A DNA stretch of 64,000 bases from Patescibacteria group bacterium (GCA_041662585.1 JBAZSG010000005.1:4181-68180); one strand, 5' to 3'. Numbered from the stretch's first letter, positions 1-12,178 are shown. Made by a program: numbers and translations. The notes: a model not told the origin generated them from the sequence alone.

Positions 1-2
1 TT

Positions 3-1457
3 AGTAAAGAAGGTTTTAAGATAGAAGTTGGGCTAGTTGATCCTACCAATTTTAAGGCTACAGAAGCGTTGAATTATCTGGCTCGTAAAAAAAACTTTCA
101 GGTTAAGTATTATATTATTTCAGAAGACAGCTATCGCTCCGCTTCCAAGCAATATGAAACTTTGGGTGAAGAAGTTGGTGAAGCTTTGGATACGGCCGAA
201 GCTATCTTTGCTCCCAAGGAAAAAGATTTTGATTTAGAAGGGGATATCGGAGAAGTGGTAAAAAGTGCTCCGGTTTCTAAAATAGTTTCCGTAATTCTTC
301 GTCATGCCATAGAAGGCCGTGCTTCTGATATTCATATTGAGCCAGTAAACAATCAATCAAAAGTCAGATACAGGATTGACGGTGTACTTCATACCACCAT
401 AGTCTTACCTTTATATGTACATGCCGCTCTTATTTCTAGAATCAAAGTAATGGCCAATTTAAAAATTGATGAAACTAGGATTCCTCAAGACGGTCGTATT
501 CGTATCAAAGTACACAACAAAGATATTGATTTTCGTATTTCTACCATACCTTTGATGGGACAAGAAAAAGTAGTAATGCGTATTTTGGAAACACCAGACA
601 AAGCGCCTACTTTTTCAGACCTTGGTTTTTTGGGTTTACAGCTCAAAGTTATAGAAAGAAACGTACACAAGCCAAATGGTATGTTTTTGTTGACTGGACC
701 AACTGGTTCTGGTAAATCCACTACCTTGTTTGCTTTTTTGTCATTTTTGAACAAAGAAGACATAAACATTTCTACTTTAGAAGATCCGGTAGAGTATTAT
801 ATTCCAGGAGTAAATCAATCACAGATTAGACCAGAAGTAAATTTTACATTTGCCACTGGACTTAGAGCTTTGCTTCGTCAGGATCCAGATATTATCATGG
901 TGGGTGAGATTCGTGACAATGAAACTGCTGAGCTAGCTATTCACGCTGGTTTGACTGGTCACTCAGTCTTGACCACACTCCATACCAATAGTGCTGTAGG
1001 AGCTATCCCTAGACTTTTTGATATGAAAGTAGAGCCATTTTTGTTGGCTAGTACTCTCAATGCCGTAGTAGCTCAAAGACTAGTTAGAAAAATATGTGAA
1101 AAATGCAAAGCAGAGGATAAGTTGCCTCATGAGGTAGAAGTATTGTTGAAACAACACTTAAATTCTATCCCCAAAGAAGCTTTTTATGGGGACATAAATG
1201 TAGATTCATTCAAGTTTTATAAAGGCAAAGGTTGTGCCAATTGTGGGCAGACTGGTTATAAAGGAAGACTTTCTATAGCTGAAGCCATTCATGTTACTAG
1301 AAGTCTCAAAGATATTATAGCCAAAGGTTTTGATAGAGCTGAGGTAGATGCAGAACTAGCCAAACAAAAATTTATCACTATGGAACAAGATGGTATTATA
1401 AAAGCCTTGCTGGGTATGACCACAGTAGAAGAAATAATGAGAGTTTCAAAAATGTAA
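3..1457 (+). CDS. pilB: Type IV pilus assembly ATPase PilB/GspE (5' truncated by window edge)
   Basis: Frame is open from base 3; ASDIHIEP, GPTGSGKSTT Walker A, LEDPVE, RQDPDIIMVGEIRD Walker B, TTLHTN, CxxC...CxxC Zn motif. Confidence 0.93.
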   Translation, partial: SKEGFKIEVGLVDPTNFKATEALNYLARKKNFQVKYYIISEDSYRSASKQYETLGEEVGEALDTAEAIFAPKEKDFDLEGDIGEVVKSAPVSKIVSVILRHAIEGRASDIHIEPVNNQSKVRYRIDGVLHTTIVLPLYVHAALISRIKVMANLKIDETRIPQDGRIRIKVHNKDIDFRISTIPLMGQEKVVMRILETPDKAPTFSDLGFLGLQLKVIERNVHKPNGMFLLTGPTGSGKSTTLFAFLSFLNKEDINISTLEDPVEYYIPGVNQSQIRPEVNFTFATGLRALLRQDPDIIMVGEIRDNETAELAIHAGLTGHSVLTTLHTNSAVGAIPRLFDMKVEPFLLASTLNAVVAQRLVRKICEKCKAEDKLPHEVEVLLKQHLNSIPKEAFYGDINVDSFKFYKGKGCANCGQTGYKGRLSIAEAIHVTRSLKDIIAKGFDRAEVDAELAKQKFITMEQDGIIKALLGMTTVEEIMRVSKM

Positions 1458-1484
1458 TAATAAAAATATTAATATATAAAATAT

Positions 1485-1868
1485 ATGGAGGACAAAAAAA
1501 TACTAATTGTTGAGGATGATGATTTTTTGCTACAAATGTATTCTACCAAGTTGGAATTAGAAGGTTTTAAGGTCTTTGAGGCAATCAATGGTTTACAAGG
1601 TTTGAAAATTGCTCAAAAAGAAAAACCAGATCTTATATTATTGGATCTCAATTTACCGGAGCTCAGTGGTTTTGAAGTGCTCAGTCAATTGAAAAGAGAA
1701 GATGATACCAAAGGTATAAAAGTTTTGATTCTTACCAATTATTCTCAAAAGGAGGATATAGATCGTTGTCTGGATTTGGGAGCTGATGATTATTTAATCA
1801 AGGCACATTTTGTACCATCGGAGGTTATTGCCAAAATAAAAGTAATATTAGAAGGAAAACAAGCATAA
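1485..1868 (+). CDS. Single-domain response regulator (CheY-like receiver)
   Basis: KILIVEDD, DLILLDLNLP, LTN, GADDYLIK. Confidence 0.92.
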   Translation: MEDKKILIVEDDDFLLQMYSTKLELEGFKVFEAINGLQGLKIAQKEKPDLILLDLNLPELSGFEVLSQLKREDDTKGIKVLILTNYSQKEDIDRCLDLGADDYLIKAHFVPSEVIAKIKVILEGKQA

Positions 1869-1872
1869 AGCT

Positions 1873-2925
1873 ATGTCAGATACATTAATTATAAATGATA
1901 TATTAAACGCTGCTGCTGAGCGCAAGGCTACCGATATACATCTGGTAGCTGGTAGCAACCCAGTTATTCGGGTTGATGGACGACTAGTGACTTTGGTTGA
2001 TCAAGCTATTTTGACTGGCGATATATTGGCAGCTTTGGCTGAGTCGTTTTTGAATAAAGAAAATTTTGATAAATTGAGCAAAGAAAAAGAAGTGGTAGCT
2101 ATATATAATTGGGCTGATCGCAATCGTTATCGAGCCAAAATATTTTATCAAAAAGGTTTTTTGGCTATTTCTCTTCGTCTGATAGCACCATTTATTAGAG
2201 CTCCAAAAGATTTGGGAATACCCTCATCTATATTGCAACTTCTCAACCGAGAAAAAGGTTTGATTATTATCACTGGTCCTTTTGGTAGTGGGCGTACATC
2301 TACAGCAGCCTCTTTGATAGAAGCACTCAATCAAAACAAAGGCTTGCATATCCAAACTTTAGAAAAACCACTTGAATATTTATTTTCCAACAATCAATCA
2401 GTGATTGAACAGAGAAATGTAGGCACGGATGTAAATACCTTTGTTACTGGTCTTAAAAATATGTTGGACGAAGATATAGATGTAGTGTTTGTAGATTCTG
2501 CTCACGAAGAAGGTGTGGAAGATATTATTTTGGAGCTAGCTGAAAGTGGTAAACTGGTAATATTTATTATGGATGCTGACTCAGTAGAATCAGCGCTAGA
2601 CAGATTTATTTCAAATCTTTCATTGGACAAAAAAAACTGGGGAATAGAAGTATTGGCCGATGTATTACTGGGAGCCATGGCTCAGCGTCTGATGTCTAGA
2701 GTCGGAGGAGGTCTGACGATGGCTTCAGAAGTATTGATCAATAATCCAGCTGTGCGTAGCTCCATAAAAAGTAACAAGCTATCACAGCTCAATAGTATTA
2801 TGCAGACTTCCAAAGATGAAGGTATGTCATCTTTGGACAAAGCTTTATTAGAGCTAGTCAGGATAGGCGACATAAGTATGACTGATGCTAGAAATCAAGC
2901 CGTTGATTCAAATATTTTTAAATAA
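1873..2925 (+). CDS. PilT/PilU-family ATPase with degenerate motifs
   Basis: ATDIHLVAG..P.IRVDGRL, SLRLI, GLIIITGPFGSGRTST, LEKPLE, AQRL, GMSSLD; Walker A Lys, Walker B and His box altered. Confidence 0.85.
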   Translation: MSDTLIINDILNAAAERKATDIHLVAGSNPVIRVDGRLVTLVDQAILTGDILAALAESFLNKENFDKLSKEKEVVAIYNWADRNRYRAKIFYQKGFLAISLRLIAPFIRAPKDLGIPSSILQLLNREKGLIIITGPFGSGRTSTAASLIEALNQNKGLHIQTLEKPLEYLFSNNQSVIEQRNVGTDVNTFVTGLKNMLDEDIDVVFVDSAHEEGVEDIILELAESGKLVIFIMDADSVESALDRFISNLSLDKKNWGIEVLADVLLGAMAQRLMSRVGGGLTMASEVLINNPAVRSSIKSNKLSQLNSIMQTSKDEGMSSLDKALLELVRIGDISMTDARNQAVDSNIFK

Positions 2926-2934
2926 TACCCCTTT

Positions 2935-4143
2935 ATGGCAATATATAAATATAAAGCAAGAACCAGTGAAGGCCGGGCTACAGATGGTGCTGTAGAGGCC
3001 ATCACTGAAGATGATGCAGCAGAATTATTGGCTGAAAAAGGCTTGATTCTTTTGTCACTTACAGAAATTGCCAAAAAAGAAAGTAAAGGTTGGAATATAA
3101 ATATTGGTAAAATCAAGCACAAAGATATAGTAATATTTTCACGTCAGCTATCAGTGATGATATCGGCTACTGTACCGATAGTACAGTCACTGAGGATATT
3201 GGCTCAGCAAACAGTCAATCCAATGTTTATCGACAAGATAATAGAAATGGCCAATGATGTAGATGGTGGTATGAGATTTTCTAGTGCTTTGGCCAAGCAC
3301 AATAAGGTTTTTAGTAATTTTTATGTAGCTATGACCAAGAGTGGTGAGACCTCTGGTAAATTGGATGAAATATTACAATATTTGGCTGATCAGATGGAAA
3401 AGGATTATGACTTGGTCTCTCGTATTAAGGGCGCTATGATTTATCCGGTTTTTATCATTTCTTCTATGTTGGTGGTTGGTTTTTTGATGATGACTTTTGT
3501 GGTGCCACAAATGGTCAAGATGTTGGAAGAAACTGGCGCAGAGTTGCCATTGGTTACTAGGGTTTTGGTGAGTGTTTCTAGTTTTATGAATTCTTATTGG
3601 TATATTATTATTATACTTTTTGGATTATTGGTTTTTATGCTCAAGCTTTGGTTAAAATCTACAGTTGGTAAGCTGGCTTGGGACAATCTTAAAATACAAA
3701 TTCCAATTTTTGGTAATCTTTTCAAAAAAGTTTATATCGTACGCTTTACTCGTTCTCTTACTACCCTTATCAAGGGTGGTGTGCCTATTTCTTCAGCTTT
3801 GAATATCACAGCCGAAGTAGTGGACAACAGTGTGTATGAGAAATTGATATTGGATACCGTCGCTGAGGTAGAGGGTGGAAATTCTATTTCTACTTTATTT
3901 GTCAATTCCAAAGCTATGCCCAAAATGCTTTCACAGATGATGGTCATTGGTGAAAAAACCGGTAAGCTGGATACAGTGTTAGAAAAATTGAGTGATTTTT
4001 ATAGTCGCGAAATTGATAATTTAGTAGAAGGATTGACGGCACTTATTGAGCCTTTGATTCTTATCGTTATGGGTGTGGGAGTAGGTGGTATGGTGGCCGC
4101 TATTATGTTGCCGATGTTTAAAGTTGCTCAAAGTATTAGTTAA
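2935..4143 (+). CDS. pilC: Type IV pilus platform protein PilC/GspF
   Basis: FSRQLSVMISA, SGETSGKLDEIL, GAMIYP, GEKTGKLD, LIEP. Confidence 0.93.
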   Translation: MAIYKYKARTSEGRATDGAVEAITEDDAAELLAEKGLILLSLTEIAKKESKGWNINIGKIKHKDIVIFSRQLSVMISATVPIVQSLRILAQQTVNPMFIDKIIEMANDVDGGMRFSSALAKHNKVFSNFYVAMTKSGETSGKLDEILQYLADQMEKDYDLVSRIKGAMIYPVFIISSMLVVGFLMMTFVVPQMVKMLEETGAELPLVTRVLVSVSSFMNSYWYIIIILFGLLVFMLKLWLKSTVGKLAWDNLKIQIPIFGNLFKKVYIVRFTRSLTTLIKGGVPISSALNITAEVVDNSVYEKLILDTVAEVEGGNSISTLFVNSKAMPKMLSQMMVIGEKTGKLDTVLEKLSDFYSREIDNLVEGLTALIEPLILIVMGVGVGGMVAAIMLPMFKVAQSIS

Positions 4144-4215
4144 AAGATTGTTGAAAATCAAAAAAAATGATATAATGAAGATGTTCTTTTTTTAAAATAA
4201 AAATATTAAATATCC

Positions 4216-4284
4216 TAGCAGATTTCTATTTGAAGATTAAAACCTCAGGGATCTCAGGCTTTAATTAGCCAATAGAATTTGCTA
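4216..4284 (+). promoter_or_regulatory. Long stem-loop in pilin 5' leader, upstream of a strong SD (AAGGAGGT, 4291-4298)
   Basis: TAGCAGATTTCTATT/AATAGAATTTGCTA and ATTAAA-CCT/AGG-TTTAAT pairings; TGnTATAAT at 4168-4176. Confidence 0.45.
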
Positions 4285-4309
4285 AAGTGGAAGGAGGTGA
4301 AAATAGAAA

Positions 4310-4729
4310 ATGAAAAATAATAAAGGTTTTACTTTAGTTGAGCTATTGGTAGTTATTGCCATCATTGGTATTTTATCTACTGTAGCTGTAGTAAACTTAA
4401 ATTCAGCTCGTGATAAGGCTAGAACAGCCGCTGCGCAAGCTTGGGGTTCTGGTTTAGCCCCATTAGTAGTGCTTTGTGGTGATGAGGTTTCAGGTGTATT
4501 GACTGATCCTATGGTACTTGGTGTTTATACACCAGGTGAGTTTTGTAATCCAGCTATAAGTGCTACTTGGCCAGGTGCATTACCTTCAGGCTATACAACT
4601 ATAGGTCTTGATTCCAATAGTCCTACTACTGGAGCTTGGGAAATAGATATAAGTGGTGCATCAGTAAATTGTGTTGAATGTGATCAAAATAGTTGTGTTG
4701 ATGCTGGAGCAGTTGCTTGTGCTGATTAA
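4310..4729 (+). CDS. Type IV pilin, probable major pilin
   Basis: KG|FTLVELLVVIAIIGILSTV prepilin motif; ARDKAR; Cys-rich C-terminus; strong SD and own terminator. Confidence 0.88.
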   Translation: MKNNKGFTLVELLVVIAIIGILSTVAVVNLNSARDKARTAAAQAWGSGLAPLVVLCGDEVSGVLTDPMVLGVYTPGEFCNPAISATWPGALPSGYTTIGLDSNSPTTGAWEIDISGASVNCVECDQNSCVDAGAVACAD

Positions 4730-4755
4730 ATAGAAATTTATTTAAATTCAATTTT

Positions 4756-4783
4756 AAAAAACCTTCTTAATAGAGGGTTTTTT
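4756..4783 (+). terminator. Intrinsic terminator after pilin
   Basis: AAAAAACCTTCT-TAAT-AGAGGGTTTTTT. Confidence 0.7.
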
Positions 4784-4805
4784 AATTTTGTGCTATAATA
4801 TTTAT

Positions 4806-5240
4806 ATGAAATTATTTGATTATTCTATCAAAATAAAAGTTGCTTTGATTGCTATATTTATTATATTAGTTGTAGTTTTGATTTTTTTGATAAATTACAA
4901 TTATAGTCGTGGTCGTGATTTAAAGAGAGTTTCTCAAGTCAGAGAAATAGCTACAGCTATGGAGCGTTATTTTGACAAAACTCGTACTTATCCAGAAACA
5001 GCTAAAATCAATTTATCAACTATCAATTTTATAAGCGAAAATGGTATCAACCAAACTGGTGAATATTTGTATTTTAAAGCAAGCAACAGAGAAATAGACG
5101 GCACCTTGGTATCTTCTCTTGATCGTTATGTGATAGAATTTCCTTTGGATAATTCTTGGGATTTATGGGGAGTGACTAGTAGTGATGGAGGCACTTGTCG
5201 TCTTTCCAATTATTTGGAGATGCTTTGTAAATCTAAATAA
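4806..5240 (+). CDS. Pilin/GspG-like membrane-anchored protein
   Basis: N-terminal TM helix then RDLKRVSQVREIATAMERYF...YP, typical of CPR pseudopilins; no clear G|FxxxE. Confidence 0.6.
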   Translation: MKLFDYSIKIKVALIAIFIILVVVLIFLINYNYSRGRDLKRVSQVREIATAMERYFDKTRTYPETAKINLSTINFISENGINQTGEYLYFKASNREIDGTLVSSLDRYVIEFPLDNSWDLWGVTSSDGGTCRLSNYLEMLCKSK

Positions 5241-5339
5241 AATTTGACAATTTGAATATTAGAGAGTAATTTTTAGTTAGAAGAAGAAAAGCGAAAGCGA
5301 GAGTTTTAAGATTATGGTTAGTTTTTTTGTGTTTAGAAA

Positions 5340-5666
5340 ATTAAATTTTATTTTTATGAAAGAGAGATTTGGTATGCTAGTTTAGGAGAAAATATTGGTT
5401 TTGAACAAAACGGTAAAAATACATGTTTTGAAAGACCAGTGCTTGTTTTAAAAAAATTTAATAAAAATTTACTTTGGGTTTTGCCACTTACTAGTCAGTC
5501 GAAAACAGGAAATTATTATCACCAATTTGAATTTAATGGAAAATTTAGTTTTATTATTTTAGTGCAGTTGAGGGTTATTAGTAGCAAAAGATTGATAAGA
5601 AAAATAGGGACATTGTCTGTAGATAATTTTAATGAGGTAAGAAAAAAAGTAAAAACTTTGTTATAA
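5340..5666 (+). CDS. PemK/MazF-family endoribonuclease, 5' end lacks a canonical start (possible pseudogene)
   Basis: Frame open from 5337: FYEREIWYASLGENIGFEQNGK...FERPVLVLKK...VLPLTS...QLRVISSKRL; in-frame TAG at 5334-5336; candidate ATT start at 5340. Confidence 0.75.
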   Translation: MKFYFYEREIWYASLGENIGFEQNGKNTCFERPVLVLKKFNKNLLWVLPLTSQSKTGNYYHQFEFNGKFSFIILVQLRVISSKRLIRKIGTLSVDNFNEVRKKVKTLL

Positions 5667-5716
5667 AAAACGACCTCCATCAAATGATGGAGGTCTCGGA
5701 GGCCGAAGCCCATTTG
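5665..5716 (-). ncRNA. Putative ~50-nt small RNA convergent on pemK
   Basis: Minus-strand TTGACT (5750-5745)-17 bp-TATATT (5727-5722), then GGC-UUCG-GCC hairpin, 11-bp terminator stem and U-tract. Confidence 0.55.
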
Positions 5717-5835
5717 ATTACAATATAACACAATGTTATTCACAAGTCAAATTAAATTATTTTTTTAATTATTTAATATAATTTTTAACCTTAATATAGC
5801 CAAATTACCACAAAATATGCTATAATAAAGCTACT

Positions 5836-6615
5836 ATGATTGTAGCTTTTGTGTTTATTTTGGGGCTTTTTATTGGTAGCTTCTTAAATGTAGTTATTTT
5901 GCGTTTGCATCGGCAAGAATCTTTTATCAAAGGAGCTTCCAAATGTCTTTTTTGCAAACATAGACTATATCCCAAGGATTTAGTTCCTTTGTTTAGTTTT
6001 TTGTTTTTACAAGGGCGTTGTCGTTATTGTAAAAAAAGATTTTCTCAGCAATATCCTTTGGTGGAGTTAGCTACTGGCTTGGCTTTTGTTTTGGTTTTTT
6101 TGAAGGTGATTCCTAGTTTGGATTTGACCTCAATCTCAGCTTTACAATTTTTGCATTTATTGGATTGGTGGATGATTGTCGGGTTTTTGATTATTATTTT
6201 TGTTTATGATCTCAAATATTATTTAATATTGGACAAAGTGGTTTGGCCAGCAATTGTTTTGGCTTTTTTTGCCAATTTATTTTTGGGATTTTCTATACTC
6301 AATTTAGTCTTGGCAGCGGTGATTGGTGGGGGATTTTTCTTATTGCAATTTGTCATGTCCAAAGGACGGTGGATAGGCGGAGGAGATATACGCTTGGGAG
6401 TATTTATGGGTGTTATTTTGGGTTGGCCACATATTTTGACAGCCTTGTTTATTTCTTATATTTTAGGCAGTTTTATTAGTATATTTTTGCTTTTGGGCAA
6501 GCGTAAAGAATGGGGTGATAAGGTGCCTTTTGGTACTTTTTTGGCTTTGGGTACTTTTGTGACTATGCTATGGGGGTCAGCTCTAATGAAAGGCTATTTA
6601 GCTTTGTTTTATTAA
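5836..6615 (+). CDS. pilD: Prepilin peptidase (A24)
   Basis: GSFLNVVILRL, CxxC...CxxC, YPLVEL, YDLK, GGGD, VPFGTFL. Confidence 0.95.
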   Translation: MIVAFVFILGLFIGSFLNVVILRLHRQESFIKGASKCLFCKHRLYPKDLVPLFSFLFLQGRCRYCKKRFSQQYPLVELATGLAFVLVFLKVIPSLDLTSISALQFLHLLDWWMIVGFLIIIFVYDLKYYLILDKVVWPAIVLAFFANLFLGFSILNLVLAAVIGGGFFLLQFVMSKGRWIGGGDIRLGVFMGVILGWPHILTALFISYILGSFISIFLLLGKRKEWGDKVPFGTFLALGTFVTMLWGSALMKGYLALFY

Positions 6616-6648
6616 CTATATAATTAATATAATTATTAATATAAAAAT

Positions 6649-7926
6649 ATGTTTAAAAAAATATTTTTTGTTAAACAACTTGACTCAAGTATAAAGAGTA
6701 AAGTTGGATTTACAATAATAGAGCTACTGTTGGTAGTGGCAGTTACGGCCATTATCACAGTGGTATCAGTAGCCTATATCAAAGGTGATGATACTGACGA
6801 TGTAGATTTGGCAGCTGGTCAATTGTTGTCAGATGTTCGTGAGCTTAGAAGCCTAGCTGCCTCTCATCAAGCTTTTGATTTTGATGGTCCTATTGGCATA
6901 CAGCCAGCTGTTTATCCAGCCGGTGGCTATGGTATAACCTTTAGTGGTGGAAACAGTTATAGACTTTTTGCTGATTCAGGAGCAACAGCTGGTTATGATG
7001 CTGCAGATGGTACTATCAGAGTAGTCACTTTAGACAACACTTCATTACATGTAGAAGGTTTACAGAGTAGTGGTACTAGTGGCGGAGAGACTAAATATTT
7101 TACTTTTAAATCAGAAAATGACGCAAGTACAAATTTGGTAGCCAATGCAGCTGGTAGATATGAAATGGCTATTATTTATTCAGATATAACGCCTGCTTAT
7201 GTAGGTAAACTTTCTTTGGGAGAAAATTCAACTGATGGGAGCATAATTGTAAGTTTGGGAGTTGGTTTTGCTTCTGTTGAAATTGCTTGTGCTGAGCTTG
7301 GTGCTTCTTGTGGTGGATCAATAGAATGTTGCGGCGTTTTAGATACTTGTAATCCGGTAACGCACAAATGTACAGCTCCTACTCCTCCTCCTGGTGGCGG
7401 TACAATACTTAGTTGTTTTCCAGCTGGAACAAAAATTTTGATGGCTGATAATTCATCAAAAAACATTGAAGATGTTCAAATAGGTGATTTTGTTTTGAGC
7501 TATGATGAAAAATTGGGAGTGGAAGTTGTAGCTGAAGTCTTGGAATTGGCTGCTCCAGTCAGAGAACATATGTGTGAGATTACTTTTGCTGATGATGATT
7601 CTCTTAAACTGACAAATGAACACCCTGTCTACACTACAGATGGTTGGAAATCTATCAATCCAGAAGAAACTTACAAAGAAAATGATGATTTTGTGGTTGA
7701 AAGATTGCTACTCGGCGATGAAGTCTTTTTTGTCAACGAGCTATACAAAGTAGTCAAAGGCATAAACTGTTGGCAAGAAGAAGGAATACAAACATACAAT
7801 CTAAAGAGTGTTAAAGACTCTAGTACATTTTTTGCTGATGATATTTTGGTTCATAATGTAGCAAATCCTGATTGTGGTACACCGGCTACCAGAGATCCAG
7901 CTGCAGCCGCTGGAGCGCTTAATTAA
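6649..7926 (+). CDS. Minor pilin (FimU/GspH position) with Cys-rich module and C-terminal Hint (intein-like) domain
   Basis: VG|FTIIELLLVV; CAELGASCGGSIECCGVLDTCNPVTHKC; Pro/Gly linker; Hint 7414-7857 from CFPAGTKILMAD through TNEHP to TYNL...DILVHN. Confidence 0.85.
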   Translation: MFKKIFFVKQLDSSIKSKVGFTIIELLLVVAVTAIITVVSVAYIKGDDTDDVDLAAGQLLSDVRELRSLAASHQAFDFDGPIGIQPAVYPAGGYGITFSGGNSYRLFADSGATAGYDAADGTIRVVTLDNTSLHVEGLQSSGTSGGETKYFTFKSENDASTNLVANAAGRYEMAIIYSDITPAYVGKLSLGENSTDGSIIVSLGVGFASVEIACAELGASCGGSIECCGVLDTCNPVTHKCTAPTPPPGGGTILSCFPAGTKILMADNSSKNIEDVQIGDFVLSYDEKLGVEVVAEVLELAAPVREHMCEITFADDDSLKLTNEHPVYTTDGWKSINPEETYKENDDFVVERLLLGDEVFFVNELYKVVKGINCWQEEGIQTYNLKSVKDSSTFFADDILVHNVANPDCGTPATRDPAAAAGALN

Positions 7927-7943
7927 AAATAATAAATAGCTTA

Positions 7944-8630
7944 TTGATTGTGTTAGACAATAATAACCAACAAAAAAATTTCCAGCATCATTTGAGAAGA
8001 AAAAATGATGCTGGATTTACTTTGATAGAATTGCTTATAGCTATTGCAGTTTTTACGATTGGGCTTTTAGGGTCTATTGGTTTGGCTACTTCAAATTATA
8101 GTAATTCTCAAGACAATTTAGATAAGACATTGGCTGTCAATTTGGCTCAAGAGGGTCTAGAGCTTATCCGAAATGTTCGTGATAGCAATTGGCTGAAAAT
8201 AGAAGCCAATCAAGAAGTAATTGTTGGAGGAGTCTTTGATCCATATACTTGGGATAGTGCTTTGTCAGGCAATAATTATGTATATATAGATTATGATGAT
8301 GTTGCGCCATCGGCTTTCCCTCTCGCTTGTGGTGGAACTCTTAAATCATGTGTAGAAAATTGTCCAAATTGTCAGTTGTATACATATCTAGCTAATGGTT
8401 ATTATAGTCATGATAATACAGACAGCGTGCCAACCAAATATTCTAGAGGTTTTAGACTACATAAAATATGTTTGAGTGCAGATGGGCTTACTGAGTCTTT
8501 GGTAGATGCTAGTGGTGTTTGTCCTGGTACGCATATCGGTTTTCAAGTGACTTCTCATGTTCAATGGCCAGACAATGGTCAAACAAAATTTATAGAAGTA
8601 AGCGATTATATATATAATTGGAGAAGGTAA
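7944..8630 (+). CDS. Minor pilin, PilV-like
   Basis: AG|FTLIELLIAIAVF; AVNLAQEGLELIRNVRDSNW; start codon uncertain. Confidence 0.85.
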   Translation: MIVLDNNNQQKNFQHHLRRKNDAGFTLIELLIAIAVFTIGLLGSIGLATSNYSNSQDNLDKTLAVNLAQEGLELIRNVRDSNWLKIEANQEVIVGGVFDPYTWDSALSGNNYVYIDYDDVAPSAFPLACGGTLKSCVENCPNCQLYTYLANGYYSHDNTDSVPTKYSRGFRLHKICLSADGLTESLVDASGVCPGTHIGFQVTSHVQWPDNGQTKFIEVSDYIYNWRR

Positions 8631-9280
8631 TGAATAAACAAATTATCAAAAATGAAAATGGCTTTACCTTGATAGAAATGTTGGTTTCTATGGCAGTTTT
8701 TAGTTTGATGGTTTTTGCTGTAGGGGCTATATATATTGCTTTCAATAGTAGTCAGGTTCGCACTACTGCTTCTCAACAAGTCCTCAACGACAGTCAATAT
8801 GCTATGGATTTTATGGCCAAAGAAATCAGAAACAATGCCATAGTCAAATATTCTCTAAATTGCGATGATTTTATAAATACCGTAGGCGCTAATGCCGATG
8901 TTTTTAGTAAATGTATTATTTTAAAAAGACCAAATGGTCAGGTTTTTGCTTTTACCAGTCATAATAATGGTGCTGATGCTAAAGTAAATCTTTTGTATGT
9001 TTTATTGACCTGTACGGACAACACTTGTAATACCTATGAGGATATATACTTTAATTCTGGTTCAGTAGCTACATTATTGGGACCAGATTTAAATAATATC
9101 CAGCTAGATAATCTAGATTTCCTTATAAATCCCACTACTGATCCTTTTGTAATCAACGGTCCAAACGCTCAACCAAAAGTCACTATTAATATGAAAGTGG
9201 TTTATAATAGTACCAACCAAACAAAAAGAGTAAATTATGTTTTTCAAACAACAGTTTCTTCTAGAATATATAAACGATAA
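8630..9280 (+). CDS. Minor pilin, PilW-like
   Basis: NG|FTLIEMLVSMAVF; MDFMAKEIRN; C-terminal QTTVSSR; TAATG coupling to upstream gene. Confidence 0.85.
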   Translation: MNKQIIKNENGFTLIEMLVSMAVFSLMVFAVGAIYIAFNSSQVRTTASQQVLNDSQYAMDFMAKEIRNNAIVKYSLNCDDFINTVGANADVFSKCIILKRPNGQVFAFTSHNNGADAKVNLLYVLLTCTDNTCNTYEDIYFNSGSVATLLGPDLNNIQLDNLDFLINPTTDPFVINGPNAQPKVTINMKVVYNSTNQTKRVNYVFQTTVSSRIYKR

Positions 9281-9292
9281 TATATAATAATC

Positions 9293-12177
<2,885 letters not shown>

Positions 12178-12178
12178 T

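Noticed and set aside
7414-7857. Canonical selfish intein or polymorphic-toxin PT-HINT
   Set aside because: No endonuclease domain, +1 residue is Val, and only 22 aa follow with no toxin or immunity gene.
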